DNA of 64,000 nucleotides from NCBI GenBank assembly GCA_052173975.1, contig JBQMXN010000007.1:1431-65430 (forward strand). The letters run 5' to 3'. The stretch comes from Candidatus Cryptobacteroides sp. (GTDB lineage: Bacteria > Bacteroidota > Bacteroidia > Bacteroidales > UBA932). Below are positions 40,746-48,772 of the stretch, in pieces. A program made the position numbers and the translations under genes. Position 1 is the stretch's first letter, and each line of letters opens with the position of its first letter. The notes under the pieces were generated by a model. The model searched no databases and was not told where the DNA came from. It saw only the letters and a program-made list of their open reading frames with translations.

Positions 40746-41622
40746 TTTTAAGAAGGTTGTAAATTTTGATTGTTTGCGCTGCTTCTTTTACATCGTGTAC
40801 CCTTAAAATATCTGCACCATTACATAAAGCAGAAAAATGCAACGCTTGAGTGGCAGGCAATGCCTCTTCCGGTGTGATATCGAATAATCTGAATATCATA
40901 CTTTTCCTAGATACTCCTATTAATATTCTTTTATCAAAGCATTTGAACGTTTTTAACTCTTTAAGAAGAGAATAATTTTGTTCTATCGTTTTGGAAAATC
41001 CAAACCCGGGATCTAATATCCAGTCCTTAATTCCTGCCTTTTCTGCTTTCTTTGAAAAATCTTCGAAAAAATGAACGACAGCTGCAGTTACATTAGATAA
41101 TCCCGTATTCGTATCTTCGTATTGGGTAAGGTTTTGCATAGTTTTAGCATTCCCTCTCATATGCATAGATATGTACTGCAATCCTAATCTCCCCACTGTA
41201 TCCAGCATTTCTGATTTACCCGTTGTATGTATTGAGCCATTATCATCTTGCATCCCATTTCCACCGGTAACATCATTCACAATGAATGAACCTATTTCCG
41301 AATAAACTTTTTCTACTATTTTAGGGAAATATGTATCTACTGAAATTTTTATTTCAGGAAATTCTTTTCTTATGGTAGGAAGTATTTTCCGGAGGCGCTC
41401 CCATTCTATTTGCTCACCTACCGGGTCAGAACCGGGACGAGTCGAACAAGCTCCTATATCTATAATGCTTGCCCCTTCTTTTATCATTACCTCTGTACGG
41501 AAAAGAACTTTGTTAAAATCAGGTTGCCCCGAAACATCAAGACACCTGCTTTCAGCAAAATAGGAATTGTCCGTTAGATTGACAATTCCCATTATATCTA
41601 TATCATGTTGATTGTTATGCAT
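40738..41622 (-). CDS. folP: Dihydropteroate synthase
   Basis: Pterin-binding pattern IMGIVNLTDNSYF and GASIIDIGACSTRPG. ATG 41622 is preferred (1 nt after the upstream stop); the track start 41649 is a TTG. Confidence 0.9.
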   Translation of the reverse strand: MHNNQHDIDIMGIVNLTDNSYFAESRCLDVSGQPDFNKVLFRTEVMIKEGASIIDIGACSTRPGSDPVGEQIEWERLRKILPTIRKEFPEIKISVDTYFPKIVEKVYSEIGSFIVNDVTGGNGMQDDNGSIHTTGKSEMLDTVGRLGLQYISMHMRGNAKTMQNLTQYEDTNTGLSNVTAAVVHFFEDFSKKAEKAGIKDWILDPGFGFSKTIEQNYSLLKELKTFKCFDKRILIGVSRKSMIFRLFDITPEEALPATQALHFSALCNGADILRVHDVKEAAQTIKIYNLLKNE

Positions 41623-41623
41623 T

Positions 41624-43546
41624 TCAGTTCTTTGTATTGTCTTTGTCAAAAGCGGTATATTGAGAATTAGCGCTTTTGTATTCAGGAACTATCTGTTTCA
41701 TAAGAAGGACCATTTCAGGAACTTGTACATTCTTTGCATAGTTCTCAAGCAGATTAAGGACTTCTACCGCTTTGTTGTAATCATATTCTCTTACTTTTGC
41801 AATCCTTATGCGTTCGTGGAAAGTCGGTAACGTATTCTCCGTATCGCTAAGTGTCTCTTCATATAATTTTTCTCCCGGTCTAAGTCCTGTATATTCGATT
41901 TTTATTTCCTTATCAGGAATGAACCCCGCCAATGTAATCATTCTCCGAGCCAGCGTATCGATTTTTACAGGTTTACCCATATCGAAAAGGTATATCTGCG
42001 TAGATGTTGCCATAGTGGCAGCTTCCATTACAAGTCTGCAAGCCTCCGGGATTGTCATAAAGAAACGGTTTATGTTGGGATGAGTAACTGTCAGCGGACC
42101 TCCCGCTTCAATTTGCTCCCTGAAACGAGGAATAACAGAACCATTAGACCCCAATACATTACCAAATCTTGTAGTTACGAAAATCGTTTTTCCCTCTTTC
42201 TCCTCCTGCTCTATTGCAAGCCCCAATGATTGTACATAGATCTCTGCAATTCGCTTTGTACATCCCATAATATTTGTAGGATTTACCGCCTTATCCGTAG
42301 AAATCATTATCATCTTTTCCACCTCATACTCCTTGCACTTATCCGCCACATTTTTAGTACCTATCGTATTCACTAAAATAGCCTCGCACGGATTCTCCTC
42401 CATTAAAGGAACATGCTTATATGCAGCTGCGTGGAAAACGACTTGCGGTTTGAACGTTCTGAATATATAATCCAGTCTCTTTGTGTGCCTTACATCCCCG
42501 ATTATCGGAATAAAATCCAAATTATGAAATTTATCTTCCAGTTCAAGTCTCAAATAATGCATAGGCGTCTCGGCATTATCATAAAGAATCAACTCCTTAA
42601 CCCCGAAACCTGCAAGATTTCTTACCAATTCAGAACCGATAGAGCCTGCTGCGCCTGTTACAAGGACAACTTTGTTTGATAAATTTGCTTTTATCAAATC
42701 CATAGAGATTTTTATTTCCTGCCTTCCAAGCAAATCCTCCACTTTTATCTCGCGCGGCTTTATAATGCTTTGTCCCTCTTGAAACTCATCCACATTCGGG
42801 ATTATCAAAGTCTTTATTTTATTTAAATTACAATATTTGATTAGGTTCTCTTCCTCCTCTCTCGCTTCATTATCCTTCGCAAAAAGCAATGCATTAATTT
42901 CATTTTCTTTCGCTATTATTTTGAAATCCTCCACAGTCCTAAAACAAAATACAGGCAACTGCTCTATACTTGCGCCCTTTGTCTCATGTCCCTTCACAAG
43001 AAAACCCCTTATTTTGAAATGAGACGAATTTTTCAATCTTAAAATAGTCGCTACCGACTTATCCGAAATGCCATATACAAGCACGCTATCATACTCTTTC
43101 TTCTCATTTACCCTACTCAATATAGCCTCATAAATCACTATCATTATGATTCTTACACCTATAAGAGCGAAAAACGTAAGGAAAAAATCCAATAATATGA
43201 TAACGCACACAGTATCGGAACACAAATCCGTAATCAGCAAACCCGCTAATACGAAAAGAGCCTTTATGAATGCTACAATTGAAAAGGGTATTAAATCTTT
43301 TATTCCCAAATGCCTGATTATAATTTTATAACACTTGGTTATATAGAGCATAAAAACGGATACTGAAGAAGACAGCGCCATATAAATCCAAAAAAACCGT
43401 CCGCTATACATCTTAGATGCTGCAAGGAGGTTCATAAATAAGATTAAAGATAGTGACGATAAAACTGAGATCAGAATATCCGCGCTGAATATCAATTTCT
43501 TGTTGAGGTATTTACTTTTAAATTCACTTATTTTTTGAGCAAACAT
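41624..43546 (-). CDS. Membrane-anchored polysaccharide biosynthesis protein, CapD/PglF-like NDP-sugar 4,6-dehydratase
   Basis: Four N-terminal TMs followed by a Rossmann domain VLVTGAAGSIGSEL. ATG 43546 is preferred; the track start 43603 is a TTG lying inside a promoter-like TATATTTG. Confidence 0.88.
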   Translation of the reverse strand: MFAQKISEFKSKYLNKKLIFSADILISVLSSLSLILFMNLLAASKMYSGRFFWIYMALSSSVSVFMLYITKCYKIIIRHLGIKDLIPFSIVAFIKALFVLAGLLITDLCSDTVCVIILLDFFLTFFALIGVRIIMIVIYEAILSRVNEKKEYDSVLVYGISDKSVATILRLKNSSHFKIRGFLVKGHETKGASIEQLPVFCFRTVEDFKIIAKENEINALLFAKDNEAREEEENLIKYCNLNKIKTLIIPNVDEFQEGQSIIKPREIKVEDLLGRQEIKISMDLIKANLSNKVVLVTGAAGSIGSELVRNLAGFGVKELILYDNAETPMHYLRLELEDKFHNLDFIPIIGDVRHTKRLDYIFRTFKPQVVFHAAAYKHVPLMEENPCEAILVNTIGTKNVADKCKEYEVEKMIMISTDKAVNPTNIMGCTKRIAEIYVQSLGLAIEQEEKEGKTIFVTTRFGNVLGSNGSVIPRFREQIEAGGPLTVTHPNINRFFMTIPEACRLVMEAATMATSTQIYLFDMGKPVKIDTLARRMITLAGFIPDKEIKIEYTGLRPGEKLYEETLSDTENTLPTFHERIRIAKVREYDYNKAVEVLNLLENYAKNVQVPEMVLLMKQIVPEYKSANSQYTAFDKDNTKN

Positions 43547-43600
43547 ATTGCGTATAATACGTATTATTAAATGATTCTTAATATAAGAATATGACTCACA

Positions 43601-43608
43601 CAAATATA
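43601..43608 (-). promoter_or_regulatory. Bacteroidota -7 promoter box (TATATTTG) for the CapD-like gene
   Basis: Exact TAnnTTTG on the minus strand 55 nt upstream of ATG 43546. A second match (TAATTTTG) lies at 43621-43628. Confidence 0.4.
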
Positions 43609-43689
43609 AATACCTTACTACAAAATTACAAGAAAAATAAATAAAATGATTTCAGATTTTTCCGAAATTTCCTTTTTTCATTACAAATT

Positions 43690-43900
43690 ATTCCCCCTTT
43701 CGCATCCCTATCGGACAGCAGTAGCCTGCCCTCCCTCGGTCTGCTCAGGGAAAAGCCGCAGCCGCTGCTCGCGCCTGCTGAGATTTCAAGAAGAAGATTG
43801 GCAGCGGACACGAGCCGCTGACCAATCCCTCAAAACCATCGCGGTGCGGGAATCTTCTCCCGCTCCGCGACAGCGCCAATCCCCAATCTCGTTCTGCAGA
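43690..43900 (-). ncRNA. Candidate structured noncoding element (unclassified GC-rich island)
   Basis: About 60% GC by hand count, in a genome whose other intergenic spacers are very AT-rich. It is G-rich on the minus strand. Two 12-bp hairpins lie at 43839-43870 and 43796-43827. No credible ORF. Confidence 0.3.
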
Positions 43901-43945
43901 CAATAATAAAAGAAAAACGACAGTTAAATATTTATTTAACTGTCG
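43901..43945 (-). terminator. Rho-independent terminator of tRNA-Ala
   Basis: Perfect 12-bp stem CGACAGTTAAAT / ATTTAACTGTCG (43918-43945), followed on the minus strand by TTTTTCTTTTATTATT. Confidence 0.75.
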
Positions 43946-43955
43946 AATATAAAAG

Positions 43956-44029
43956 TGGAGGTAAACGGATTCGAACCGATGACCCCCTGCTTGCAAAGCA
44001 GGTGCTCTAGCCAGCTGAGCTATACCCCC
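43956..44029 (-). tRNA. tRNA-Ala (anticodon UGC)
   Basis: The reverse complement folds as a cloverleaf: acceptor GGGGGTA/TACCTCC with the G3:U70 alanine identity pair, anticodon arm CCTGC-TTTGCAA-GCAGG, and T-loop TTCGAAT. One U:U mismatch in the T-stem (ATCGG/CCGTT). No encoded CCA. Confidence 0.93.
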
Positions 44030-44041
44030 GTCTTTTCGTTT

Positions 44042-44093
44042 CTTTATGAAGAATAACTGCGTCAGACATCATCTTGTCGCTCCTCATAACCAT
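44042..44093. repeat. 52-bp direct repeat, copy 1 (12 nt upstream of the tRNA-Ala 5' end)
   Basis: ctttatgaagaataactgcgtcagacatcATcttgtcgctcctcataaccat. Identical to copy 2 except for two adjacent bases. Confidence 0.9.
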
Positions 44094-44165
44094 TAGGTTA
44101 CTGCGTCACTCCGCACTCGTCTTCCTTGTTCTTCTCCAAAATAAACTTCAAAGTCTCTTAAAACA

Positions 44166-44217
44166 CTTTATGAAGAATAACTGCGTCAGACATCGCCTTG
44201 TCGCTCCTCATAACCAT
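44166..44217. repeat. 52-bp direct repeat, copy 2
   Basis: ctttatgaagaataactgcgtcagacatcGCcttgtcgctcctcataaccat. Matches copy 1 at 50 of 52 positions, 124 bp away in the same orientation. Confidence 0.9.
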
Positions 44218-44236
44218 ATTTCAAATAATATTCTTG

Positions 44237-44267
44237 CAAAGTTAAACTAAAAAATCAGTTCTGCAAA
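44237..44267 (-). promoter_or_regulatory. Bacteroidota promoter (-33 TTTG, 19-nt spacer, -7 TAACTTTG) facing the repeats and tRNA-Ala
   Basis: The minus strand reads TTTG-CAGAACTGATTTTTTAGTT-TAACTTTG, so both consensus elements are present with canonical spacing. Confidence 0.5.
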
Positions 44268-44296
44268 TTTTTTTCTTCGATAAAGCAACAAACTGC

Positions 44297-44686
44297 CTAC
44301 TTCACCACCTCTCTTCCGGAAGCACGCCATCCAATGATACCGCCATCCAGATTCACCACCTTAAAACCTGCCGCACTCAAAATCTTTGCAGCATTAGCGC
44401 TTCTGCGACCGCTCCTGCAATACACTCCTATCTTCTTATCACTACTCAAAACTTTCTGCACTTTAACAAGAAAATCACTATCAAGCACATCAATATTAAC
44501 AGCTCCTGCAATATGGAACTCCTCAAACTCAGCAGCCGTCCTCACATCCAATACCGCAACATCCTTCTCCTTAATAAATGTCTCAAAATACGCAACATCA
44601 ACATTCTTAAACTGCGACTGACCAAACGAGCAAGCCCACGAACACAAAACTCCGCACAAACTTGCAATTAACCTAATTGTTTTCAT
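44297..44686 (-). CDS. Rhodanese-like sulfurtransferase domain protein with signal peptide
   Basis: 129 aa with a hydrophobic N-terminus and active-site loop CRSGRRS. Confidence 0.88.
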   Translation of the reverse strand: MKTIRLIASLCGVLCSWACSFGQSQFKNVDVAYFETFIKEKDVAVLDVRTAAEFEEFHIAGAVNIDVLDSDFLVKVQKVLSSDKKIGVYCRSGRRSANAAKILSAAGFKVVNLDGGIIGWRASGREVVK

Positions 44687-45848
44687 AATTATTTAAAAAA
44701 TTCATAATATCATTTACTGCCGTTTTTGCTGAAACCACTGCCTCCACCACTGTTTTAGGTCCATACGCAAAATCACCGGCAATAAACACATTGCCACCGG
44801 CTCCATCAAGACCGACTTCTCCTAAAATCGAATAATCCACATTCTCGCTAATCGCCACAATCATACTATCGAAAGGCACCTCATAATCCGTCCCCTCCAA
44901 CATCCTCGTCCCAACACTACCATCCTCACGAATAATATTCTCACACTTACGCATCACCACACAATCATCCAGCACTTCCACCGGAACCTCGAACAACACA
45001 AACTCCACACCCTCAGCCTTCGATTCCTCCACTTCAGACATATTTGCAGGCATATTTTCAAATCCCTTTCTATAATATACTATCGGCAGTTTTCCGCATC
45101 GAAGTACAGTCCGCGCAGCATCCATCGTAACATTACCGCCACCCACCACAAGCACCCTCTCGCCGAGCCTGTATGCAGACGGATTTTCCAAAAAATCAAG
45201 CGCATAAATCACTCTTTCGCTATCCTCACCGGGTATATCCAAACGACGTGGCATACCTGCACCGGTGGCCACTAATACCGCATCGAAATCAATCCTCAAA
45301 TCCTCCAAATCCCGGATAAACTCACCGCCTCTGAACACAATTCCAAGTTCTTCAAACAGTCTCCCATACTCATTTACAAGACTCTTGTCCAACCTGTAAG
45401 GCGGAATTCCATAACGAAGCACGCCACCCGGTAACTCGTGCTTATCAAACACCGTCACTCCGAAGCCTTGTTGCTTAAGCAGAATTGCAGCCGTAATCCC
45501 TGCCGGACCTGCTCCCACAACTGCCACACTTTTTCCTCTTTCACCGCTTGCAGTCAAATTCAAGCCACGCAAATACTTCGTGGAAATCTCATGCTCGATC
45601 TCATGCCACCTTATCGGTAAACCCTTAGCATTCAGCACACAATGCCCTTTGCATAACTTCTGCCAATCGCAAACAACGCTTGTAATTGCAGACAATGGAT
45701 TATTCTCAAACAATACTTCTCCTGCCTCTTCCAAACGTCCTTCCCTATACAAACGCATCGCCAACGGCACATCCGTATGTACAGGACATGCTTCACTGCA
45801 CCTCGCCCTTTTGCAGAGCAAACAACGATCAGACTCAGGATTTCTCAT
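44673..45848 (-). CDS. GltD-like FAD/NAD(P)-dependent oxidoreductase with N-terminal Fe-S cluster motifs
   Basis: CLLCKRARCSEACP cysteine cluster and two dinucleotide-binding motifs, VAVVGAGPAGITAA and VLVVGGGNVTMDAAR. 391 aa. Confidence 0.85.
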   Translation of the reverse strand: MRNPESDRCLLCKRARCSEACPVHTDVPLAMRLYREGRLEEAGEVLFENNPLSAITSVVCDWQKLCKGHCVLNAKGLPIRWHEIEHEISTKYLRGLNLTASGERGKSVAVVGAGPAGITAAILLKQQGFGVTVFDKHELPGGVLRYGIPPYRLDKSLVNEYGRLFEELGIVFRGGEFIRDLEDLRIDFDAVLVATGAGMPRRLDIPGEDSERVIYALDFLENPSAYRLGERVLVVGGGNVTMDAARTVLRCGKLPIVYYRKGFENMPANMSEVEESKAEGVEFVLFEVPVEVLDDCVVMRKCENIIREDGSVGTRMLEGTDYEVPFDSMIVAISENVDYSILGEVGLDGAGGNVFIAGDFAYGPKTVVEAVVSAKTAVNDIMNFLNNYENN

Positions 45849-45914
45849 ATAGTTTCAAAAAGTCCCTGCAAAGTTGAAAATAATTTCCCAAATTTGCATA
45901 ATAAAAGCAAAAAT

Positions 45915-46778
45915 ATGAAATTACAAACCCCCATAGAAATACAGAAAAGCAAAAGCCCAATCACTTATAACAATAAAATCCTATCAATAGGCAGTTGCTT
46001 TGCCGAAAATATAGGACAAAAAATGTCAGAATGCGGATTTGATATATGTTCAAACCCATTCGGAACACTCTACAATCCTGTTTCTATCTGTAATGCAATA
46101 GCAAGAATTACCTCTGCAGTACCGTTTACGGAAGACGAATGTATCGAAATGGGAGCGGGAGCAGGTAAAATATGCTCATTCAGCCACCATACATCATTTG
46201 CAAGAGCGAATAAACAAGACTTTTTAGATGTTGCCAATAGGAAATTAACAGATGTGTCCGAATTTTGGAAACAAACCGACACCGTCATCATCACACTCGG
46301 TACGGCTTGGGTGTACAAATATGAAAAAACAGGAGAAATAGTATCCAATTGCCTTAAAATCAATGCGAACGAATTCACTCGCGAAATGCTCTCTGTAAAC
46401 AGTATTGTCTTGCTTTTCACGCAAATGTTATCCAAAAACCAAAACAAAAAATTCATATTTACAGTAAGCCCTATCAGGCATCTCAAAGACGGCGCCCATG
46501 GCAACCAAATCAGTAAAAGTACGCTGCTTCTTGCAGTAGAACAACTCTGCAACACTTTCTCCGTGCAATGCGAATATTTCCCGGCATACGAAATAATGAT
46601 AGATGAATTAAGGGATTATCGATTCTATGCGGAGGATATGTTACACCCATCAAATCAAGCAATTAGTTATATCTTCGATTGCTTTACCGATTTTATTTTA
46701 GACGAAAAGGAAAAAAATAAACTCCTTCAAAAAATGAAGGAGTTCAAACAATCATTACACCGTAATATATTACAATAA
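45915..46778 (+). CDS. GSCFA family protein
   Basis: The eponymous GSCFAENIG motif lies near the N-terminus. ATG 45915 is preferred, since the longer ORF overlaps the divergent upstream gene. Confidence 0.85.
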   Translation: MKLQTPIEIQKSKSPITYNNKILSIGSCFAENIGQKMSECGFDICSNPFGTLYNPVSICNAIARITSAVPFTEDECIEMGAGAGKICSFSHHTSFARANKQDFLDVANRKLTDVSEFWKQTDTVIITLGTAWVYKYEKTGEIVSNCLKINANEFTREMLSVNSIVLLFTQMLSKNQNKKFIFTVSPIRHLKDGAHGNQISKSTLLLAVEQLCNTFSVQCEYFPAYEIMIDELRDYRFYAEDMLHPSNQAISYIFDCFTDFILDEKEKNKLLQKMKEFKQSLHRNILQ

Positions 46779-48755
46779 ACTCTTTTTATACTCTTCAATA
46801 CCTGCTTTCAGGAATGCGATAAAGCCATCTATATCCAAATTATACCCTCTCACAGGCAATAATTGTTTGCCATCCGGAGATAAAATAACATAATTCGGTT
46901 GGGCATTCACGCCGAAACGGGTACGGACTATATATGAATTTGCACGTCCCAAATCTTTCAAGACCTTGCCGCTCGGAGTCGTTATCCAATCTTCCTTATC
47001 CAGAGAAGCCTTATCATCCGTATATAAAGCCACCAAAACGTACTCATTCTGAAGAATTTCCAATACCCTCGGATCGCTCCATACTCTCTGTTCCATCTCT
47101 CGGCAATTCACACAACCGTGTCCTGTAATATCTACAAATACAGGCTTCTTTTCAGATTTCCCTGCTGCCATACCTTCTTCCAGATTGAAATATCCCGATA
47201 AGCCCAAAGGTAAAGTCAAACCGTATTTATTGGCTGAAAAGGTCTTAGTACTACCAGGCGCAGAAGTAACCCCTTTGCCTACTATGAAATCCTGGCTGTC
47301 TATAGGAGGTAAATATCCCGACAATGCTTTCAAAGGCGCTCCCCACATACCGGGAATAAGATAGACTACGAAACTAAAAACGCCGATTGCAAGTGTTAAA
47401 CGCAATACGCTTATATGTGTTACCTCATCATCGTGCTTGAAACGCAGTTTTCCGAGGAGGTAAAAGCCCAATAATGTAAATGTAGCAATCCAGATGGCAA
47501 GATATACTTCTCTGCCTAAAATTCCCCAATGGTAAGTCTGATCCGCAACACTTAAGAATTTAAGGCCCAAAGCCACTTCTATAAACCCTAAGATTACTTT
47601 TACAGAGTTCAACCAACCTCCGCTTTTCGGCAAATTCTTCAAAATAGATGGGAACAAAGCCAATATTGTAAAAGGCAGGGCAAATGCGGTCGAGAAAGCA
47701 AGCATCGTTACCATCGGCGCCCAGAACTCTCCTTGAGTAGATTTGATAAGCACAGTTCCTACAATCGGACCTGTACAAGAAAAAGACACCAGTACCAAAG
47801 TCAGAGCCATAAAAAAGACACCTATCAAGCCTTTCTTGTCCGCTTTACTGTCGCTTTTATTCACAATCGAAGACGGCAATGTGATTTCGAATGCTCCGAA
47901 GAAAGAAGCAGCAAAAATCATGAACACTACAAAGAACAAAATATTAGGGAACCAATGCGTTGCCAGCCAATTGAAAATATCCGCTGTTACGGCATCACCG
48001 CCTATTATTTTCGTAAGCATTATTATCACCGAAATCGGAACTGTATAAAGCAATACGATAAACAAACCGTACATAAAAGCATTAAAACGCCCTTTTGCTT
48101 TGTTGTCGCTTCCTTTGATAAAGAAAGAAATAGTCATAGGCACCATCGGGAACACGCAAGGAGTAAGCAACATCGCAAATCCCCACAATATCGCTTCAAT
48201 AATCAAAGCCCAAATGGAATTGCCTGTTTTCTCAGGAACATCATTGCTTGCTATCGGTGTAGAATGGCTTTTCGATATTGTCTGTGTTGCATCTTCTGCC
48301 GGTTTAAGCTTTACTGAAAACTCATACTCTTCGGGCATTGCACATGCACCTGCACTGCAAGCCTGCCAAGAAACGACACAATTTATTTTATTGGCCTTTC
48401 CTTTTATCTCCACTCTTTGAGAAAAAACAACCTTACCGTAAAAAACAGGAACTCCACTCTCATAGGTCGGTTTTGTTACCTCTTGCAATTCGCCTTTCAA
48501 CACCGCATTCTCTCCCTCTGCTAATGCAAAAGAAGTAGGATTATCTTCGCTTTTAACACCGTAAATGTGCCACCCCTCCATAATTGTGCCTTTAAGGGTG
48601 ATTTCGTATATGTTTTTTTCTATATTTCTGCTTTCAATCGTCCATTCCGCACTGATCTCAGGAGCCTGTGCGAAAACGGCAACACTTGATAAAAATGCTG
48701 CCGTTAAAGAAAATAGACCTTTGTTGACAGCAGATACTAATTTTGCTGTTGTCAT
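46770..48755 (-). CDS. DsbD-family thiol:disulfide interchange protein (N-domain, polytopic core, C-terminal thioredoxin-like domain)
   Basis: Signal peptide, central ~8 TM region, and a C-terminal thioredoxin-like GHGCVNCREME (CxxC). ATG 48755 is preferred over GTG 48764. Confidence 0.88.
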   Translation of the reverse strand: MTTAKLVSAVNKGLFSLTAAFLSSVAVFAQAPEISAEWTIESRNIEKNIYEITLKGTIMEGWHIYGVKSEDNPTSFALAEGENAVLKGELQEVTKPTYESGVPVFYGKVVFSQRVEIKGKANKINCVVSWQACSAGACAMPEEYEFSVKLKPAEDATQTISKSHSTPIASNDVPEKTGNSIWALIIEAILWGFAMLLTPCVFPMVPMTISFFIKGSDNKAKGRFNAFMYGLFIVLLYTVPISVIIMLTKIIGGDAVTADIFNWLATHWFPNILFFVVFMIFAASFFGAFEITLPSSIVNKSDSKADKKGLIGVFFMALTLVLVSFSCTGPIVGTVLIKSTQGEFWAPMVTMLAFSTAFALPFTILALFPSILKNLPKSGGWLNSVKVILGFIEVALGLKFLSVADQTYHWGILGREVYLAIWIATFTLLGFYLLGKLRFKHDDEVTHISVLRLTLAIGVFSFVVYLIPGMWGAPLKALSGYLPPIDSQDFIVGKGVTSAPGSTKTFSANKYGLTLPLGLSGYFNLEEGMAAGKSEKKPVFVDITGHGCVNCREMEQRVWSDPRVLEILQNEYVLVALYTDDKASLDKEDWITTPSGKVLKDLGRANSYIVRTRFGVNAQPNYVILSPDGKQLLPVRGYNLDIDGFIAFLKAGIEEYKKSLL

Positions 48756-48772
48756 AATATACACTTGTTTAA

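Noticed and set aside
43690-43900. Classifying the GC island as a cobalamin, ZTP, c-di-AMP or other known riboswitch
   Set aside because: A few short strings look vaguely similar (GCTACTG, GATTGGCG, GGGATTGG). However, the ordered core motifs of these classes are not present, and the genomic context (polysaccharide dehydratase, tRNA) does not fit. It needs a covariance-model search.
43626-43906. ORFs across the GC-rich island (86 aa on plus, 61 aa on minus)
   Set aside because: They are Arg/Ser/Ala-rich products of GC-rich DNA with non-ATG starts. They overlap the predicted promoter and terminator elements and resemble no protein family I know.
43745-43996. 83-aa minus-strand ORF (MQAGGHRFESVYLH...)
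   Set aside because: Its N-terminus is simply the translation of tRNA-Ala (the AGGHRFES artefact typical of T-arm sequence). The rest crosses the terminator and the GC island. It is not a gene.
44042-44217. Small ORFs inside the 52-bp repeats (plus strand MKNNCVRH(H/R)LVAPHNH..., minus strand MVMRSDK(A/M)MSDAVILHK...)
   Set aside because: They are very short with no supporting context. The two copies end differently because the flanks differ, and one minus-strand ORF runs into the tRNA. An RNA-level explanation is more economical.
43690-45850. Idea that tRNA-Ala plus rhodanese plus the GltD-like gene form a horizontally acquired islet with elevated GC
   Set aside because: Hand counts give ~45-50% GC for these genes. 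Flanking core genes (the CapD-like gene, dsbD, the mutase) reach similar values in places. No integrase or att-like duplication of the tRNA 3' end is present.
45777-45914. N-terminal extension of the GSCFA ORF
   Set aside because: It overlaps the divergent GltD-like gene's 5' end. The conserved protein begins at MKLQTPIEIQ (45915).
46070-46555. 161-aa minus-strand ORF
   Set aside because: It is antisense within the GSCFA-family gene, which is supported by its signature motif. The antisense product has no features of a real protein.
47733-48317. 194-aa plus-strand ORF rich in His/Arg/Cys/Lys
   Set aside because: It lies entirely antisense to the transmembrane core of the DsbD-family gene. 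Its composition is the typical mirror image of a hydrophobic coding region.
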